A stretch of 64,000 nt of DNA from Lingula anatina (lineage: Eukaryota > Animalia > Brachiopoda): positions 5,084,001 to 5,148,000 of the forward strand of contig CM120641.1 in assembly GCA_051362555.1 (NCBI GenBank). The letters are read 5' to 3'. Below the pieces are notes generated by a model. It was not told the DNA's origin, did no database searches, and saw only the letters and a program-made list of their open reading frames with translations. A program made the translations under genes and the position numbers. Below are positions 63,301-64,000 of the stretch, in pieces (within the stretch, counting starts at the first letter, position 1; every line of letters starts with the position of its first letter).

Positions 63301-64000
63301 CATCTCTTTCATTTTTCTACAATGTATGGTACTTACCTGGAGTAAGTTAGCCTGAGGATTCCCAATAATATTCTTCACTGTTCTCTTTGACACATTCCAA
63401 AGCTAAGACAATTAAAAGCATCAGTTCAGGTTAAAAGGAAAAACTTTTCTTAACTTTCAAGAGTAGATGAGTTTGATGCCTGCTTTTATGCACAAAAAAT
63501 GGAAAAGATGAAATGCAAAGAAAATAAATAAACATGCTTTTGCTCGGACAGTGCCTTTTTCTTTTAAATTGTTTAAGTTCAATATTCACATTTGGACCTC
63601 ATCCTGGGTATAGCATCCATCAAAATATTTGTTTGCTAAAACATATACTTCAAAACTAAATACACTGCTCCGTCTACTGAGGAGTCATTTAGTAGAGTGA
63701 CCAAGGCACAAGGCAAGGAAGTAGCAGTACCCAGAATCATAACCATTTAATTAGCAACTTGACACACTCTTTTTTAATATATTGCAGCAGATATGCTACA
63801 TTTACTTCTTTTACTAGTATGAAAATTAATCCTATGCAAAAATCCTGTGCATAGAGAAAAAAGTTATTCCACACTACAGCAAGTCATCAACATACTTACC
63901 TGTGTTGGAAAAGAAGTAGCATATCCGACCTCCCTGTAGATCACTTGGCCAGCTGCCACATTGGACATGTACGTTTGCTCAATGGGTGTCAACTCTTGGA
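51219..64000 (-). CDS. ABCG2: ABCG2-like ABC half-transporter, 3' part (transmembrane domain; 5' end beyond window). Exons >64000-63900, 63402-63337, 63011-62926, 62603-62514, 58491-58370, 57882-57728, 51861-51772, 51576-51512, 51369-51219
   Basis: In-frame splice gives YATSFPTQLWNVSKRTVKNIIGNPQA..GIQNRVGAFFFIVMNMVFSNLSAIELFLKERSIFMHENASGFYRVSAYFLAKVFCDLIP..IFSGLLVNLDSIGDWLKWIKWLSLFRY..NEM..FC..WDLWYNEMALG..LAYIQLRRVPKLK*. Exon sizes 90/122/155/90 parallel human ABCG2 exons 11-14 (90/125/155/90, recalled). Exact orthology among ABCG2-like paralogs is not established. Confidence 0.88.
53575..53829 (+). promoter_or_regulatory. Promoter of the nested cofilin/ADF gene: CArG box and TATA box
   Basis: Perfect CArG CCATAAAAGG at 53575-53584 and TATAAAA at 53823-53829, ~100 nt upstream of the ATG-only first coding exon. 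Confidence 0.55.
53926..56410 (+). CDS. Cofilin / actin-depolymerizing factor (ADF-H domain, ~163 aa), nested antisense in an ABCG2-like intron. Exons 53926-53928, 54946-55096, 55310-55348, 55571-55703, 56245-56410
   Basis: ATG|gt first coding exon, typical of ADF/cofilin genes. Translation: MSSASGVKILDTVIEDYQKLQKDQTLKYIIFSIK..ECRYGLFDF..IVFIAWSPENAKTKEKMVYASSRDALQKKFDGVKVIIQATDYDEID..LYS*. The 492 nt are in frame; AATAAA at ~56534. Confidence 0.9.
54314..54370. repeat. (TA)n microsatellite (~28 units) in cofilin intron 1
   Basis: Direct reading. Confidence 0.95.
55951..56147. mobile_element. Second, internally deleted copy of the 27251-27481 hairpin MITE, in the last cofilin intron
   Basis: GGGTTCATTCACAGTGAAAC...ggcatgttaatct..tgattgcattcag..gagttgga..TTTCATTGGGAATTAGTCC is shared with 27251-27481. 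Confidence 0.7.
58522..62350. mobile_element. Kolobok-like DNA transposon (3829 bp; non-autonomous or decayed) in an ABCG2-like intron
   Basis: TTAA on both sides (58518-58521, 62351-62354). Imperfect 14-bp TIR AGGGGCTCTTTCCG vs AGGATGTCTTTCCG (reverse complement; 11/14). A TTAA TSD with purine (AG) termini matches Kolobok rather than piggyBac. No intact transposase ORF. Confidence 0.65.
61642..61814. mobile_element. Small TIR element nested in the Kolobok-like element
   Basis: Ends CAGGGGCGGATCCAG ... CTAAATCCGCCTCCTG (imperfect inverted repeat). TSD unclear. Confidence 0.5.

Noticed and set aside
1-64000. tRNA, rRNA, snRNA or snoRNA genes
   Set aside because: No cloverleaf, rRNA or convincing C/D or H/ACA layout recognised by eye. 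A covariance-model scan would be needed to exclude them.

Overview
AT-rich, intron-rich eukaryotic DNA from an animal, most likely an invertebrate (repeat content resembles mollusc/lophotrochozoan genomes; not provable here). From left to right: (1) the probable 3' end of an unidentified + strand gene (63-nt exon, ~15-kb intron, last exon, long 3' UTR); (2) a ZC2HC1C-like C2HC zinc-finger gene on the - strand (3 coding exons, ~638 aa); (3) head-to-head with it, a complete MLH3 gene on the + strand (16 coding exons, ~1895 aa, DQHAAHERVRLE endonuclease motif); (4) the 3' part of an ABCG2-like half transporter on the - strand. One ABCG2 intron holds a complete antisense cofilin/ADF gene. Another is almost filled by a 3.8-kb TTAA-flanked Kolobok-like element with inward-facing promoter motifs. 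Other non-autonomous repeats: Helentron/HINE-type elements with internal 161-bp repeats, Harbinger-type hairpin MITEs, a CAG-ended element with a 7-bp TSD, and an RTE-type LINE 3' tail. Comparing repeat copies shows 6-bp palindromic insertions at TA (TA->TACATGTA and TA->TAGGCCTA). All gene models were spliced by eye from GT-AG signals and frame continuity; no database search was possible.
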